47,617 nucleotides of DNA, taken from positions 1-47,617 of the forward strand of contig JADGQI010000015.1 in assembly GCA_017881905.1 (NCBI GenBank). Direction: 5' to 3'. A program made the translations under genes and the position numbers. A model generated the notes under the pieces. It saw nothing but the letters and a program-made list of their open reading frames with translations, was not told the origin of the DNA and made no database searches. Below are positions 46,145-47,617 of the stretch, piece after piece. Each line of letters opens with the position of its first letter. Within the stretch, counting starts at the first letter, position 1. This DNA comes from Chloroflexota bacterium. Lineage in GTDB: Bacteria; Chloroflexota; Limnocylindria; Limnocylindrales; CSP1-4.

Positions 46145-47311
46145 ATGCGCGATGCTCTGTCCGACCGGCTGACCGAGGCAGTTACCCGACTCCGCGAGTT
46201 GCAGCTCGGGGACGTCTTCGCCCCCGAGGCTCCGGCGGCTCTGATCGCGTCCGGGCTCCACCTCGCCCCGGTCCCGGTCGTGGCCGGCGGCCTCGGGATC
46301 GGGATGGTCGAGGCCGTCGACGTCCTTGCCACGCTCGCGGCGATCGACGGCTCGGTCGGGCTCGGTTTCGCGATGCACGTCCACGTCGTCGGGTCGATGC
46401 CGCAGTCGAGCGGGTGGGCGATCGGACGCCGGGAGGCGATCTACGGCGCCATCAGGGACCAGGGTGCGCTGATCAACGCCGCGTCGACCGAGGACCAGGG
46501 TGGCAGTCCGGCTCGGGGCGCCATCCCCGGAACGACCGCGGTGGTCGAGTCCGATGGTGGGTACACGATCACCGGCGAGAAGTCGTGGACCACGTGGCTG
46601 CCCGCCCTTCGCCTGGCGATCGTCAGCGCGAGGATCTCGGATCCGGCGGCGGAGCCGGCCGAGGTCCCCGAGGTCGGGTCGTTCGTGGTGGACCTCGATT
46701 CGGTCGGGATCACCCGGCTACCCGGCTTCGAGGCCCTCGGGATGCGCGGCTCGGCGTCCGGACGGCTGGCTCTCGACGGCGTCCGGGTGCCGTCGGAGGC
46801 GCTCGTCGTGCGTCGACGTGCGGATCAGCCCGATCCCCGGGGGCCGGCACCGGGTGCGTGGTTCCAGATGGTCGTCGCCGCGGTCTACCTAGGGGTGGGG
46901 GAGCACGCCAGGCGCGAGGTCGTTCGGTGGGCGATCGATCGCCGGCCCGGTGACGGCTCGACGGTCGCCGACATCCCGTCGGTGCAGGTCCGCCTTGGGC
47001 GTCTCGATGCGGCCGTCCGGACGGCGCGGATCGTCGTCGGGGACGTGGCCCGCCGGTGGGACGCGGCCACCCCGGATGAGCGCGGCGCGCTCGTCGGTGA
47101 TGTCGCCCTCGCCAAGGCCACCGCGACGAGGGCCGCCGTGGAGGCGACCGACGAGGCGCTCCGGATCGCCGGCGGTCCGGGGTTCCTGGCGGGTCCGCTC
47201 GAACGCGCCTTCCGCGACGCGCGCGCCGGGCTGATCAATCCGCCGCTCGAAGACGTCCTGCTGGCCGGTTTCGCGAAGACGCTGGTGGAAGCAGAGCGCG
47301 CTCGCGACTGA
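46145..47311 (+). CDS. acyl-CoA dehydrogenase-fold flavoprotein (function not assignable; dehydrogenase or oxygenase)
   Basis: YTITGEKSWTTW, GMRGSASGRLALDGVRVPSEAL, LGVGEHA, ATDEALRIAGGPGFLAGPLERAFRDARAG. Layout and length typical of the ACAD family. Confidence 0.75.
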   Translation: MRDALSDRLTEAVTRLRELQLGDVFAPEAPAALIASGLHLAPVPVVAGGLGIGMVEAVDVLATLAAIDGSVGLGFAMHVHVVGSMPQSSGWAIGRREAIYGAIRDQGALINAASTEDQGGSPARGAIPGTTAVVESDGGYTITGEKSWTTWLPALRLAIVSARISDPAAEPAEVPEVGSFVVDLDSVGITRLPGFEALGMRGSASGRLALDGVRVPSEALVVRRRADQPDPRGPAPGAWFQMVVAAVYLGVGEHARREVVRWAIDRRPGDGSTVADIPSVQVRLGRLDAAVRTARIVVGDVARRWDAATPDERGALVGDVALAKATATRAAVEATDEALRIAGGPGFLAGPLERAFRDARAGLINPPLEDVLLAGFAKTLVEAERARD

Positions 47312-47319
47312 GCGTGGGC

Positions 47320-47325
47320 TAGACT
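47320..47325 (+). promoter_or_regulatory. -10-like box TAGACT upstream of the aldehyde dehydrogenase (leadered, with SD)
   Basis: TAGACT lies 64 nt upstream of ATG 47390. GGAG SD at 47378-47381. Confidence 0.4.
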
Positions 47326-47389
47326 CGATCGGATCGTCAGACGCCCACCGCGCCGCTCATCGAGGGCCCGCGCCACGAGGAGATCCGAC

Positions 47390-47617
47390 ATGGCCGTGAA
47401 AGTCGCCACCGACTACCCGATGTTCATCGACGGCGTTGCCGCCACCTCGGTGAGCGGCGCATGGCTGGAGGTCCACAGTCCGGCGACCGGCGACCTCGTC
47501 GGACGGGTCCCGGCCGGGACCGAGGCGGACGTGGACCGTGCGGTGGCGGCCGCCCGGGCGGCGTTCCGGGACGGCCGCTGGTCGCGGATGGGCCTGCCCG
47601 ACCGCGTCGCGGCGATG
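47390..47617 (+). CDS. aldehyde dehydrogenase family protein (N-terminal 76 codons; continues beyond the window)
   Basis: MFIDGVAATSVSGAWLEVHSPATGDLVGRVPAGTEADVDRAVAAARAAFRDGRWSRM is a typical ALDH N-terminus. Confidence 0.75.
   Translation, partial: MAVKVATDYPMFIDGVAATSVSGAWLEVHSPATGDLVGRVPAGTEADVDRAVAAARAAFRDGRWSRMGLPDRVAAM

Overview
Very GC-rich chromosomal segment (codon third positions are almost uniformly G/C) with actinobacterial-type housekeeping gene order. In order: aspS; typA; iscS-like and mnmA; alaS-[two inserted genes]-ruvX-mltG; an orphan Flp pilin; pepP-efp; xseA-xseB; dxs; tlyA-nadK-recN-xerD; a PH/SHOCT protein, M50 protease and HD protein; scpA-scpB-rluB-cmk::plsC-ispH-der-gpsA; tRNA-Pro(GGG). 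After the tRNA the content looks more accessory: a CDF transporter, a DUF4396 gene remnant, a SHOCT membrane protein, a secreted C39-like peptidase, and a PLP-decarboxylase / ACAD-like / aldehyde dehydrogenase cassette. I saw no rRNA, CRISPR array, transposase or phage integrase. Most long antisense ORFs in the track are GC-driven shadow ORFs. Four things stand out. (1) An FtsA/PilM-like actin-fold ATPase and a large bitopic membrane protein sit between alaS and ruvX-mltG as one tightly coupled unit; this is my best candidate for an uncharacterised system. (2) TANNNT -10 boxes recur 6-9 nt upstream of start codons, which suggests widespread leaderless translation, including a 10-codon leaderless uORF whose stop overlaps the mnmA TTG start. 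(3) Several unannotated, translationally coupled micro-membrane-protein ORFs are present. (4) Cmk is fused to a PlsC-type acyltransferase. All family calls rest on motif recognition by eye. No database search was run.
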